Shown here: piece after piece, positions 34,195-42,003 of the stretch
Layout: the number at the start of each line of letters is the position of its first letter
How positions within the stretch are numbered: the stretch's first letter is position 1
Source of the DNA: Candidatus Micrarchaeota archaeon
GTDB taxonomy: Archaea; Micrarchaeota; Micrarchaeia; Micrarchaeales; CABMGC01
Direction: 5' to 3'
Assembly (NCBI GenBank): GCA_964550485.1
Contig: CAZJZM010000002.1
Location: 1-42,003, forward strand
Length of the DNA: 42,003 bases
The notes under the pieces: model-generated
What the model saw: only the letters and a program-made list of their open reading frames with translations
The model's database searches: none
What the model was told of the DNA's origin: nothing
Translations under genes and position numbers: made by a program

Positions 34195-35664
34195 ATGACC
34201 ATGCCTTCACGGCTGTCAGTCTACAACACCCTCTCGCACTCCAAAGAGAAGTTTGTTCCACTGCCACATTCCAATCCCATGGAGGTGAAGATGTTTGTCT
34301 GCGGCCAAACGGTCTACGACGACGCGCATCTGGGCCATGCGAAGAACTACATAGACTTCGACATAATCGCAAGATGGCTCAGGCACGAAGGCTACAAACT
34401 CACCTACGTCCAGAACATAACCGACGTCGAAGACAAGATAATCGCAAGAGCCGAAGAGCGGAACATCCCAGCTGAGGGTCTCGCGAAACTCTACGAGAAA
34501 CGCTTCCTGGAGGACATGGAAGTGCTTGGAGTCAAGCAAGACATAGACATGTATCCAAGGACCCACGACTACATAAAAGAGATAGCGATGCAAACGCAAC
34601 TCCTTCTTGACAAGGGTTACGCCTACCTCTCGGACGGCGACGTATACTACGATGTGGACAAGTTCAAGGACTATACAAAGCTCTCCGGAATGAAGTTGGG
34701 CGAGCTGACAAGGCACAGGATAGAGGCGGAGGAGGGCAAGAAGAAGCAGTACGACTTCATAATCTGGAAGGCCGCGAAGCCCGGAGAACCGAACTGGAAG
34801 ATAAAGGTAACGTACAAGGGCAAGGAGATCGAGCTGGACGGAAGGCCCGGCTGGCATATAGAGGACACGGCAACGACAAACGCGATATTCGGGCCCCAGT
34901 ACGACATCCACGGCGGAGCCACCGAGCTAATCTTCCCCCACCATACGAACGAGATAGCCCTTGCGGAAGCGGCGTTCGGGAAGAAGCCCTTTGTGAAATA
35001 CTGGCTGCACACCGGCGTGCTCAACATAAAAGGGCAGAAGATGAGCAAGAGCCTACATAATTTCATAACAATCAGGGACGCGCTAAAGAAATACGATCCG
35101 GAGGCGATAAGGTTCATGGTAGCATCAAGCCGCTACCGAAGCCCGATGGAGTACTCAGACATGCTGATGAAGAGCGCGGCGAGCAAGCTGAACTTCCTCT
35201 ATGCATCCTTCGGAATCTTCTACAACATGAAAGAAGTCAAGGAGGCAAACACAGATTCAGAGGCGCTTGAGATAGCCAACAAACTGGAGAAAGATTTCTC
35301 TGTAGCGATGAACAACGATTTTGATACCCCGCTTTCACTTTCAGCCCTATGGGATGCAATAACGAAGCTAAGAAAGCTCGCCGAAGCCAACAAATCCATA
35401 GGCAAAGAGGCGAAATCAGTTGCGATAAGCAAAGTTCTCGAGTTCGCGAAGATATTCGGCATAATGGAGCACGACTGGTACAAGGAACCAATATCCGAGG
35501 AAGCCCTCGAGCAGATACACGCGAGGGAAGAGCTGAGAAAGGAAAAGAAATTCAAGGAAGCCGATGAGATACGAGCGGAGCTAAGCAAAAAAGGCATAGC
35601 GCTGGAGGACACCGAATACGGGCCGGTCTGGTATTTTGAGAAACGCCTCAAAAAGTCAAATTAA
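34195..35664 (+). CDS. cysS: cysteine--tRNA ligase
   Basis: HLGHAKNY (HIGH) and KMSKS signatures. 489 aa. Confidence 0.95.
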   Translation: MTMPSRLSVYNTLSHSKEKFVPLPHSNPMEVKMFVCGQTVYDDAHLGHAKNYIDFDIIARWLRHEGYKLTYVQNITDVEDKIIARAEERNIPAEGLAKLYEKRFLEDMEVLGVKQDIDMYPRTHDYIKEIAMQTQLLLDKGYAYLSDGDVYYDVDKFKDYTKLSGMKLGELTRHRIEAEEGKKKQYDFIIWKAAKPGEPNWKIKVTYKGKEIELDGRPGWHIEDTATTNAIFGPQYDIHGGATELIFPHHTNEIALAEAAFGKKPFVKYWLHTGVLNIKGQKMSKSLHNFITIRDALKKYDPEAIRFMVASSRYRSPMEYSDMLMKSAASKLNFLYASFGIFYNMKEVKEANTDSEALEIANKLEKDFSVAMNNDFDTPLSLSALWDAITKLRKLAEANKSIGKEAKSVAISKVLEFAKIFGIMEHDWYKEPISEEALEQIHAREELRKEKKFKEADEIRAELSKKGIALEDTEYGPVWYFEKRLKKSN

Positions 35665-35735
35665 ATTCATGTCATAAAGCATAAAAATACATCAAACCAA
35701 TAGAAAACGCTTATTCGTTTAAAACAGGCAATCCA

Positions 35736-36584
35736 ATGATCAGTCTCCATCAAATACTGGTATCCATCATCCTTGGCGTAATACAGGGGATATCAGAATG
35801 GCTGCCAATAAGCAGCAAGACCCAGATACTGATAGCCTCGCAGTTCCTCCTCAATCTCAGCTACCAGCAAGCCTATACCTTCGGGCTCTTCATGGAGATA
35901 GGAACCCTTTTTGCCGCGATAATATACTTCAGAAAGGAGCTGGTCTCGCTAATCAAGGTCTTGATAAGGAGAGGAACCCCAGAAGAAAGGAAACTCTTCA
36001 ATTTCGTCTTGGTCTCCACCATAGTCACAGGCATAATCGGCGTCCCTCTCTATCTCTATGCTGATTCCCTTTCTAACGTCTACATAGGAATCCCGATGAT
36101 GATAATGGGCATAATCCTCTTCATAGATGCGCTGCTCATCAAGTACGCAAGGACAAAGTATGCGAAGGAGTCAAACAGGCACGATCTGCATTCGCTCAGA
36201 CTAAGGGACTATATCTTTGTAGGAATCGCGCAGGGAATAGCAGCCCTTCCTGGAGTAAGCAGGTCAGGCGCGACAACGAGCACCCTCCTGCTTCTAAATG
36301 TCGAGGCGAAGGAGGCCTTCAGGCTCTCGTTCGTCGACATGATCTTCGCAACCGCGGCAAGCATAGGCGTGACACTGGTCTTCAGCAGGCACACGGTCAT
36401 GGGCATCATAGCACAAATAAACATTCTGGGGCTGGCAATAGCAATACTAGTATCAACGGTGATAAGCTTGTTCCTGATACGATTCCTCCTGAAGATAGCG
36501 GCAAACTCAAAGATAGTGTATCTTACATTCGCTCTCGGGTGCATCGCCTTGGCCAGTGGGATCATACTTACCATCTTCCACTGA
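35736..36584 (+). CDS. uppP: undecaprenyl-diphosphate phosphatase (BacA/UppP)
   Basis: GVIQGISEWLPISSKTQ and PGVSRSGATTS motifs. Polytopic membrane protein, 282 aa. Confidence 0.9.
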   Translation: MISLHQILVSIILGVIQGISEWLPISSKTQILIASQFLLNLSYQQAYTFGLFMEIGTLFAAIIYFRKELVSLIKVLIRRGTPEERKLFNFVLVSTIVTGIIGVPLYLYADSLSNVYIGIPMMIMGIILFIDALLIKYARTKYAKESNRHDLHSLRLRDYIFVGIAQGIAALPGVSRSGATTSTLLLLNVEAKEAFRLSFVDMIFATAASIGVTLVFSRHTVMGIIAQINILGLAIAILVSTVISLFLIRFLLKIAANSKIVYLTFALGCIALASGIILTIFH

Positions 36585-36673
36585 GGAAAACCAACCCAAT
36601 AACTCTCCCAATCCTCTTCCTATGCAAATCTTTGTTATCAAAAGAAGCCAAAGCTCACTAATAGAAGAATATA

Positions 36674-36697
36674 AATATCTTTATCCCTAAAGATATT
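36674..36697. promoter_or_regulatory. perfect inverted repeat (probable RHH operator) overlapping a TATA-like box upstream of the MNT gene
   Basis: AATATCTTTA-tccc-TAAAGATATT. It ends 4 nt before the ATG at 36702. Confidence 0.45.
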
Positions 36698-36701
36698 AAA
36701 T

Positions 36702-37217
36702 ATGGCAGAAACAAAAATCTACATTGCAGACGAGGTGGATGCAAGACTCAGGGAGCTTGCAATGGAACGTTTTGGCTATGGCAGAGGGTCGATAAGCAGT
36801 GCTGTGGAAGAGGCAATAATACAATGGCTTAATACGCAACTTGAGATAAAGAATAAGATAAAAGCGATAACAGACGCAGCTGAGAAGGACAAGCATGTCA
36901 TTGCCATACTTCTATTCGGCAGTTATGCCAGAAAGGAAAGGAACTACAGGGACATAGACATCGCAATCCTGATAGACAATGAAACCAAATCGTTCGATGA
37001 GCTGAATAAATATTCAGTAACAGGAAACTCCATAAACTTTGACATTTCAATACTCAATGACCTTCCACTGAATGTGCAGAGGCGCGTGCTTAACGAAGCT
37101 AAAGTCATTCACGTAAAAGACAAGAGCAAATTGTACGATTACAGCGTGCGGATAGCGGAGAAGTGGTCTGATTACGAGTACAGATTCGGTATCCTAAACG
37201 GTGAAATAAATGTTTGA
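36702..37217 (+). CDS. mntA: minimal nucleotidyltransferase antitoxin (MntA-like) with N-terminal ribbon-helix-helix domain
   Basis: RHH-like N-terminus (KIYIADEVDARLRELA...SISSAVEEAIIQWL). NTase motif LLFGSYARKE..YRDIDIAIL. 171 aa. Confidence 0.8.
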   Translation: MAETKIYIADEVDARLRELAMERFGYGRGSISSAVEEAIIQWLNTQLEIKNKIKAITDAAEKDKHVIAILLFGSYARKERNYRDIDIAILIDNETKSFDELNKYSVTGNSINFDISILNDLPLNVQRRVLNEAKVIHVKDKSKLYDYSVRIAEKWSDYEYRFGILNGEINV

Positions 37218-37623
37218 CAAGGAGCGCATAAGGGGGAAACTCTCAAGCCTTGAGACCTATTCAAAACGTCTTAGCACAATGACTCCAAAGAACATGGAGG
37301 CGTACAAAAATTCCGATATCATACTCAAGAGCGCTATCGAGAGAAACCTACAACTGATCAGCGATGCGGAGCTTGATGTCTTGGCACTTTTGTACAAAGG
37401 CCTAGAGCTTAAGCTCGGCGGAGATGACCTTTCATTGATAGAGAGCCTGTCAGCCAAGCTCAGCAAAAAGTGCATAAACAGGGTGAAGGAAAGAAGAACC
37501 CTAAGGAATCTGCTGATACACGCATATGTCGACTCCGAATACGAAAAGGAGTCATTTGAACAGGCGCACGATACCGGAGACGTAGCAGAATTTATAAAAG
37601 AGGTAAAGGAACTTCTCACATAA
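37210..37623 (+). CDS. hepT: HEPN-domain (DUF86) toxin (HepT-like)
   Basis: R-x4-H motif RNLLIHAY. 137 aa. 8-nt overlap with the upstream MNT gene. Confidence 0.8.
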   Translation: MFDKERIRGKLSSLETYSKRLSTMTPKNMEAYKNSDIILKSAIERNLQLISDAELDVLALLYKGLELKLGGDDLSLIESLSAKLSKKCINRVKERRTLRNLLIHAYVDSEYEKESFEQAHDTGDVAEFIKEVKELLT

Positions 37624-37653
37624 CTTTCTAATCCAAAACTCCTCTTTCATTCT

Positions 37654-38367
37654 CTATTCCAGAATCATCTCAATTCTCTTCCTGTGCGAGCCCTTGTTGT
37701 CGAAACCAGCCAGCCTGAGCTTTCCTATCTCGCTTGTGTTAAGGACATGGGTGCCTCCGTCCATCTGGATGTCAAAGTTCTCTATCTCCACGACCCTCAC
37801 AGTATCAAGCTTCTTGATGAGCTCCCTTCCAGGCTCTGTCTTAGCAAGAGAAGAATTCTCAAGCGCCTCCTCCTGCGTAATGAACTTGGAGTAAACCTTA
37901 TGCCCTTCGGCAATTACGGCATTCGCATTGTCTATAATCTTAGCCGCAAGCTCCTTGTTCAATGCCGGAAGGTCAAAATCCACATGGGCCTTGTCAACAT
38001 AGATCATCCCTCCCTTCCATCCCCCACCATGCCCTTTTTCGACTACAGCGCAGACCACATGTAGTGCCGTATGGTAACGCATGAGTGAGTATCTTCTTTC
38101 CCAATCTACTCTTCCTTTCAACTGCGAGCCCGCTTGAGACTCAAAAGTCTTGTCAAGAACGTGCACAACCTCCCCGTTTTCTTCCTTTACGTCTGTCACA
38201 TTGTATTCCTTCTCACCGACCATTACCTTTCCGAGGTCATTCAGCTGCCCTCCGCTGGTCGGGTAAAACGCAGTTTGGTCCAAAATCACCCTATTGCCAT
38301 CAATTTGCTTGACAACAGCATCAAATTCTTTGGTATACGCGTCCTCCCAATACAACTTTCTTGTCAT
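37654..38367 (-). CDS. alaX: alanyl-tRNA editing protein AlaX
   Basis: N-terminus LYWEDAYTKEFDAVV, zinc-binding HTALH, and the GGTHV region. 237 aa. Confidence 0.85.
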   Translation of the reverse strand: MTRKLYWEDAYTKEFDAVVKQIDGNRVILDQTAFYPTSGGQLNDLGKVMVGEKEYNVTDVKEENGEVVHVLDKTFESQAGSQLKGRVDWERRYSLMRYHTALHVVCAVVEKGHGGGWKGGMIYVDKAHVDFDLPALNKELAAKIIDNANAVIAEGHKVYSKFITQEEALENSSLAKTEPGRELIKKLDTVRVVEIENFDIQMDGGTHVLNTSEIGKLRLAGFDNKGSHRKRIEMILE

Positions 38368-38379
38368 CTAAACACCAAA

Positions 38380-38429
38380 TCAGAGACTCTCTTTATCATC
38401 ACAAAATCAGAATTACCTCGTCTCATCAT
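38380..38429 (-). ncRNA. C/D box sRNA (2'-O-methylation guide)
   Basis: Minus strand reads AUGAUGA(C)-12 nt GACGAGGUAAUU-CUGA(D')-UUUU-GUGAUGA(C')-12 nt UAAAGAGAGUCU-CUGA(D). All four boxes match the consensus and both spacers are 12 nt. The D box ends 12 nt upstream of the alaX ATG. Confidence 0.8.
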
Positions 38430-38622
38430 CTATATCTATTTGCAAAGATGAAAATAAAAACCCCACTTTACGACATTGATGCAGGAACCGAGACGCCGAA
38501 ATAAAATTCCGCATGCATTTTTTCTTCCCTGAAAGACAAAAGAGAGGGTATATCAACATTAGTAAGGTTCTCATTAATAAAACTTCCCATTGTTTTCAAC
38601 ACTCCACAGGCAAACCAAAAAG

Positions 38623-38635
38623 ATATTTAAAATTA
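38623..38635 (+). promoter_or_regulatory. TATA-box-like element upstream of glnA
   Basis: atatttaaaatta is centred about 38 nt upstream of ATG 38666, consistent with an archaeal promoter and a short leader. Confidence 0.3.
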
Positions 38636-38665
38636 TACGGCAATGCCTATAGGTTGGTGTATAGA

Positions 38666-40075
38666 ATGGGAGTAGAGGGAGCATTGAAACTTTTGAAAGA
38701 GAACAACATAAGATGGGTAGATCTTCAGTTCACCGATCTGCCGGGCAGATACCATCACATAACTGTCCCTGTTTCTGATTTTAACGAAGAAATATTCAAG
38801 ACGGGCTTCGCCAAGCTTGACGGAAGCAGCATAAGGGGCTTTACCTCCATCAACGAGAGCGACATGATAATGATGCCCATAGCCGACACCATGTCTCTGA
38901 TTCCTTGGACTCCTGGCACAGCAAGAGTGATGGTGGAAATACATTGGGGTGGAGGCAAAGGGCGTTTCGAGAGAGATCCGAGAGGCATAGCCGAGGAAGC
39001 CGAGAAGTACCAGAAGAGCCTGGGCTACAAGAGCTTCTTCGGTCCTGAACCGGAATTCTTCATATTCGACAGAGTCAATCTTGATGTGGCAACCCCCTCC
39101 AGCGGGACCGGATACAAGATAAGCTCAACCGAAGCTCCATGGCAGGGAACCGGCGGATTCATAGTAAGGCACAAGGAAGGATATTTCCCGACCCCTCCGG
39201 TGGACCAGCAGATGGATGTAAGGCTAGAGACGGTAGACATACTGACCAACTACTACGGCTTCCAGATAGAAGCATCTCATCACGAAGTCGCAACAGCCGG
39301 ACAAGGAGAAATCAACTTCAGGTTCTCGACACTGGTAGATACTGCAGACAAGGTCCAGACTCTCAAGTACGTACTCAAGAACGTCGCTGCCAAGTACGGC
39401 AAGGTGGCAACCTTCATGCCAAAGCCGATGTATGGTGACAATGGAACCGGAATGCACACCCACTTCAGCCTCTGGACAGCAGACGGAAAATCCAATCTGA
39501 TGTTCGACAAGGACGACGAATACGCGCAGCTAAGCCAGCTGGGAAGATACGCCGTAGGCGGGGTAATCTCCCACGCAAGGGCGCTTTCGGCCATAGAATC
39601 CCCAACGGTCAACAGCTACAGAAGGCTAGTTCCTGGATTCGAAGCTCCAGTCTACATAGCTTGGAGCAGGTCAAACAGGAGCGCTGTAATAAGAGTACCA
39701 ATGCATTTCAAGGGAAGCGAGAAGGCCAAGAGGATGGAATACAGGGCTCCTGATCCTTCCACGAACCCGTATCTTGCATTTTCAGGACTGCTAATGGCGG
39801 CGCTCGACGGCATAAAGAAGAAGACCGAGCCTCCGGCAAGCGTGGACGAGGACATCTACGAGATCGACAAGGCGAGGAGGAAGCAGATGGGAATCAAGGA
39901 ACTCCCGGGCTCGCTCACCGAAGCGCTGGACGAGTTGGAAGCTGACCACGAATTCCTCAAGCCGGTATTCACTTCCTCGTTCGTCGAGAACTATGTGGAC
40001 ATGAAGAGGGACGAGGTAATCGCGCTGGCTCAGCATCCGCACCCCATGGAAGTCTACTATTACCTTGACTCATAA
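38666..40075 (+). CDS. glnA: glutamine synthetase, type I
   Basis: 469 aa from ATG 38666. [40 protein letters not shown] and [12 protein letters not shown] motifs. Confidence 0.95.
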   Translation: MGVEGALKLLKENNIRWVDLQFTDLPGRYHHITVPVSDFNEEIFKTGFAKLDGSSIRGFTSINESDMIMMPIADTMSLIPWTPGTARVMVEIHWGGGKGRFERDPRGIAEEAEKYQKSLGYKSFFGPEPEFFIFDRVNLDVATPSSGTGYKISSTEAPWQGTGGFIVRHKEGYFPTPPVDQQMDVRLETVDILTNYYGFQIEASHHEVATAGQGEINFRFSTLVDTADKVQTLKYVLKNVAAKYGKVATFMPKPMYGDNGTGMHTHFSLWTADGKSNLMFDKDDEYAQLSQLGRYAVGGVISHARALSAIESPTVNSYRRLVPGFEAPVYIAWSRSNRSAVIRVPMHFKGSEKAKRMEYRAPDPSTNPYLAFSGLLMAALDGIKKKTEPPASVDEDIYEIDKARRKQMGIKELPGSLTEALDELEADHEFLKPVFTSSFVENYVDMKRDEVIALAQHPHPMEVYYYLDS

Positions 40076-40123
40076 GCCCAAGGAGATATTCTGGCAAAGA
40101 CCTGCATCTGCGCATCCTCAATA

Positions 40124-40540
40124 GTGGTAAGGGACGGTAAGGTCCTCCTTCTCTGGCACGAGAAGCTGGGAATCTGGCTGTATCCTGGAGGGCATAACGA
40201 AGAGGATGAGACTCCTGAGCAGACGGCGATAAGGGAGACTCTTGAAGAAACAGGAATGAAAATAAAGATAACCGACCCGGAAGAAAGGAAACTAATGAAA
40301 TCGGAAGAAGCGTCCGAGCTTCCAAGGCCGTTCAAGATCCTACTAGAAGATGTTCCTTACAAAACCGGGCACCATACCCATTTCGACATGGTCTATCTTG
40401 CAGAACTTGAAAACGCCAGAGAGGAGGAAAACTTCGGAAAAGGAGAAGCCCAAAAGATGAAATGGTTCGGAGAGTCTGAAATAGACTCCCTAAAAACATT
40501 CGATAATGTAAAATGGGTCCTTCATCAGGCATTCCAATAA
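40124..40540 (+). CDS. NUDIX hydrolase
   Basis: Nudix box GGHNEEDETPEQTAIRETLEETG. The start is uncertain: GTG 40124 in the track, but homologous-looking sequence continues upstream. Confidence 0.8.
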   Translation: MVRDGKVLLLWHEKLGIWLYPGGHNEEDETPEQTAIRETLEETGMKIKITDPEERKLMKSEEASELPRPFKILLEDVPYKTGHHTHFDMVYLAELENAREEENFGKGEAQKMKWFGESEIDSLKTFDNVKWVLHQAFQ

Positions 40541-40591
40541 TTGGCAATTCCCATAAACTCAAATATCCAAGAAGCCAGTCCTTCCGGATAT

Positions 40592-41257
40592 TCACTTATT
40601 CACCCATCTCAATGCAACAGCAACAATTGCTGATAAGACCCAGAGAACGAATCTTAACTGAAAGCCGTAGATATACACATTCCAGACCATGGGAAGATCG
40701 GCTATCAAAAAGAATATCCCTATTAAGAAGAGGCTTTTGGTTATGTAATCATAATGGGACATGATCTCCCTTCTAAGGTCTCTGAAATTTCTCAGCCCAA
40801 GTATGTAAATTGTTCCAAGAGCTAACATCAACCCAGCAATATCCAATCCAAACAGGAACGAAGTGTATCCCAGCCTGCTAGAAGCCACTACTGAAACCGA
40901 ATTAATCTGTACCTGAATGAAGAGATAAGGCTCCATCACGACCAAAAACAACATTATTATGTTTAGGCACATTTCCAGGGTCGTCTCCACTTTGATGAGT
41001 TCAAGTATCTTAGTGTATCTCAGCCAAATATAAATCAATATAAGGAAACTGAATGCAAATGTCAAAATGTTTGCCAAGACCAGCTGGGTATCCGAGGTGA
41101 TGAATGTAAAAGTGCCTATGGAAAGCGCTATACCGAATACGATGCTGGATAGTGCTTCTATTGACTTCTTCTTGTTCTTGTTTAAGAAAAGCCTTTCCAA
41201 TTCGGCTACTTCCTCCTTAGTCCTCTTTGATTGCAACAAAATACACCAGCTAAACAC
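40592..41257 (-). CDS. membrane protein, DUF1211/TMEM175-like (putative K+ channel family)
   Basis: About six TM helices. SIEALSSIVFGIALSIG resembles the R.EAFSDGVFAIAITL signature, loosely. 221 aa. Confidence 0.45.
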   Translation of the reverse strand: MFSWCILLQSKRTKEEVAELERLFLNKNKKKSIEALSSIVFGIALSIGTFTFITSDTQLVLANILTFAFSFLILIYIWLRYTKILELIKVETTLEMCLNIIMLFLVVMEPYLFIQVQINSVSVVASSRLGYTSFLFGLDIAGLMLALGTIYILGLRNFRDLRREIMSHYDYITKSLFLIGIFFLIADLPMVWNVYIYGFQLRFVLWVLSAIVAVALRWVNK

Positions 41258-41408
41258 AAAGTAAAATCAAATCCGACTTAATATTAATCCATCATCTATT
41301 TAAGATATGGAGCTTACCGGCTGCATGTTTGAATTCAAGATTTCGTACTGCAAGAAAATGAATTCATTGGAGCTTCTCAGAATTCCTATATAGTAACTGG
41401 TTTTGGCA

Positions 41409-41903
41409 TCATTCCTTTTTCTGGTCTACGAGCCCTCCTTCATATTTTGCCCAGTATACTACTTTGCCATTCTTCAAAATTTCTTCCTTTCCTGAAAACA
41501 CAACAATTTTGCCTTTTGGAGAATTCCTATATACAAAACTGCCTTCTATGAATTCTTTCGGCCCCCTGTAAGGATTGTTTTTAGGACATGCTTTCAATGC
41601 CTTCTGTAAAAATTGGTATATCTCCTTCAGGTTAGGTTCTGTTTCTGAAACAGCTCCATAATAGACCATCATCCAAACTGGATATCCTTTATGGAACACA
41701 ACTTCCCGCCCTCCATACGGCTCGCCGCCAAAGAAATTATCATGAACCTCCCATTCTCCCTTCTCGTAGCGAATACTTGTGGATCCATCACTTTCTTTTA
41801 CCCAATTACTCTTATTATCAGATGCGTAGCCAGCTATATGTTCTTCGATAACAAATCCGAGTAATTCATCAAGAAAACCATCTTGTTTTTTCATCTCTGC
41901 CAC
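41409..41903 (-). CDS. conserved hypothetical protein (DUF5680-like by recollection)
   Basis: 164 aa. Y..G.W...D.FFGGEPYGGREVV...G.PVWMM.YYG and NPYRGP segments. The family call is from memory only. Confidence 0.45.
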   Translation of the reverse strand: MAEMKKQDGFLDELLGFVIEEHIAGYASDNKSNWVKESDGSTSIRYEKGEWEVHDNFFGGEPYGGREVVFHKGYPVWMMVYYGAVSETEPNLKEIYQFLQKALKACPKNNPYRGPKEFIEGSFVYRNSPKGKIVVFSGKEEILKNGKVVYWAKYEGGLVDQKKE

Positions 41904-41930
41904 CTTTCTAAATTAAAGTTTCAATCAAAA

Positions 41931-42003
41931 TAGTCCCTATCGGATTCGAACCGATGTTTGCGGGTCCAAAGCCCGCCGTGCTTGGCCGCTACACAAAGGG
42001 ACT
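41931..42003 (-). tRNA. tRNA-Gln (anticodon TTG), no intron
   Basis: Reverse complement folds as acceptor AGTCCCT/AGGGACT, D arm GTGT-AGCGGCCAA-GCAC, anticodon arm GCGGG-CTTTGGA-CCCGC, T arm ATCGG-TTCGAAT-CCGAT, discriminator A. The 5' end coincides with the window edge. Confidence 0.85.

Noticed and set aside
38484-38510. GGAA...TTCC pair upstream of glnA as a possible NrpR-type nitrogen operator
   Set aside because: The spacing is 19 nt, not the 6 nt of the known GGAA-N6-TTCC operator, and there is no second half-site pattern.
38513-38665. N-terminal 51-codon extension of glnA in the ORF track
   Set aside because: The extension ([18 protein letters not shown]...) has no GS homology and covers the TATA-like promoter element. 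The conserved GS N-terminus begins at ATG 38666.
1-42003. CRISPR arrays, rRNA genes, transposases/integrases and prophage structural genes
   Set aside because: I saw no regularly spaced short repeats, no rRNA-like conserved stretches, and no recombinase or capsid-like ORFs on either strand.

Overview
Archaeal chromosomal window. All homology calls come from motif recognition by eye; no searches were run. The gene set is split kae1/bud32, rpoD, rpoN, L18e, an Sm protein, ADP-forming acetyl-CoA synthetase, AlaX and a PibD/FlaK-type peptidase. With T-loop tRNA introns and many TTG/GTG starts, this suggests a small-genome, possibly DPANN/Micrarchaeota-like archaeon; the lineage is inference only. 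The backbone is housekeeping: acdBA, pyrFE, mre11, rpoD, L18e-L13-S9-rpoN-tRNA-S2, Sm, kae1-bud32, ahcY, cysS, uppP, alaX and glnA. Accessory islets interrupt it: a 2407-aa glycosylation-sequon-rich surface protein, a 714-aa membrane-anchored LamG protein, and a 992-aa type-IV-pilin-like protein. The pilin-like protein carries InlB-B-repeat-like modules and two polyglycine domains and directly abuts rps2. Other islets are three toxin-antitoxin modules (2x VapBC, RHH-MNT/HEPN), an AAA+/DUF4143 ATPase bracketed by a duplicated gene 3' end, and an AT-rich cutA-folA pair. Four features are absent from the ORF track. These are a perfectly boxed C/D sRNA upstream of alaX, a 42-aa L41e-like ORF, and two tRNAs (Pro, Ala) with BHB-flanked introns at the same T-loop position. 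tRNA-Leu and tRNA-Gln are intronless. I saw no rRNA, CRISPR array, integrase or transposase.
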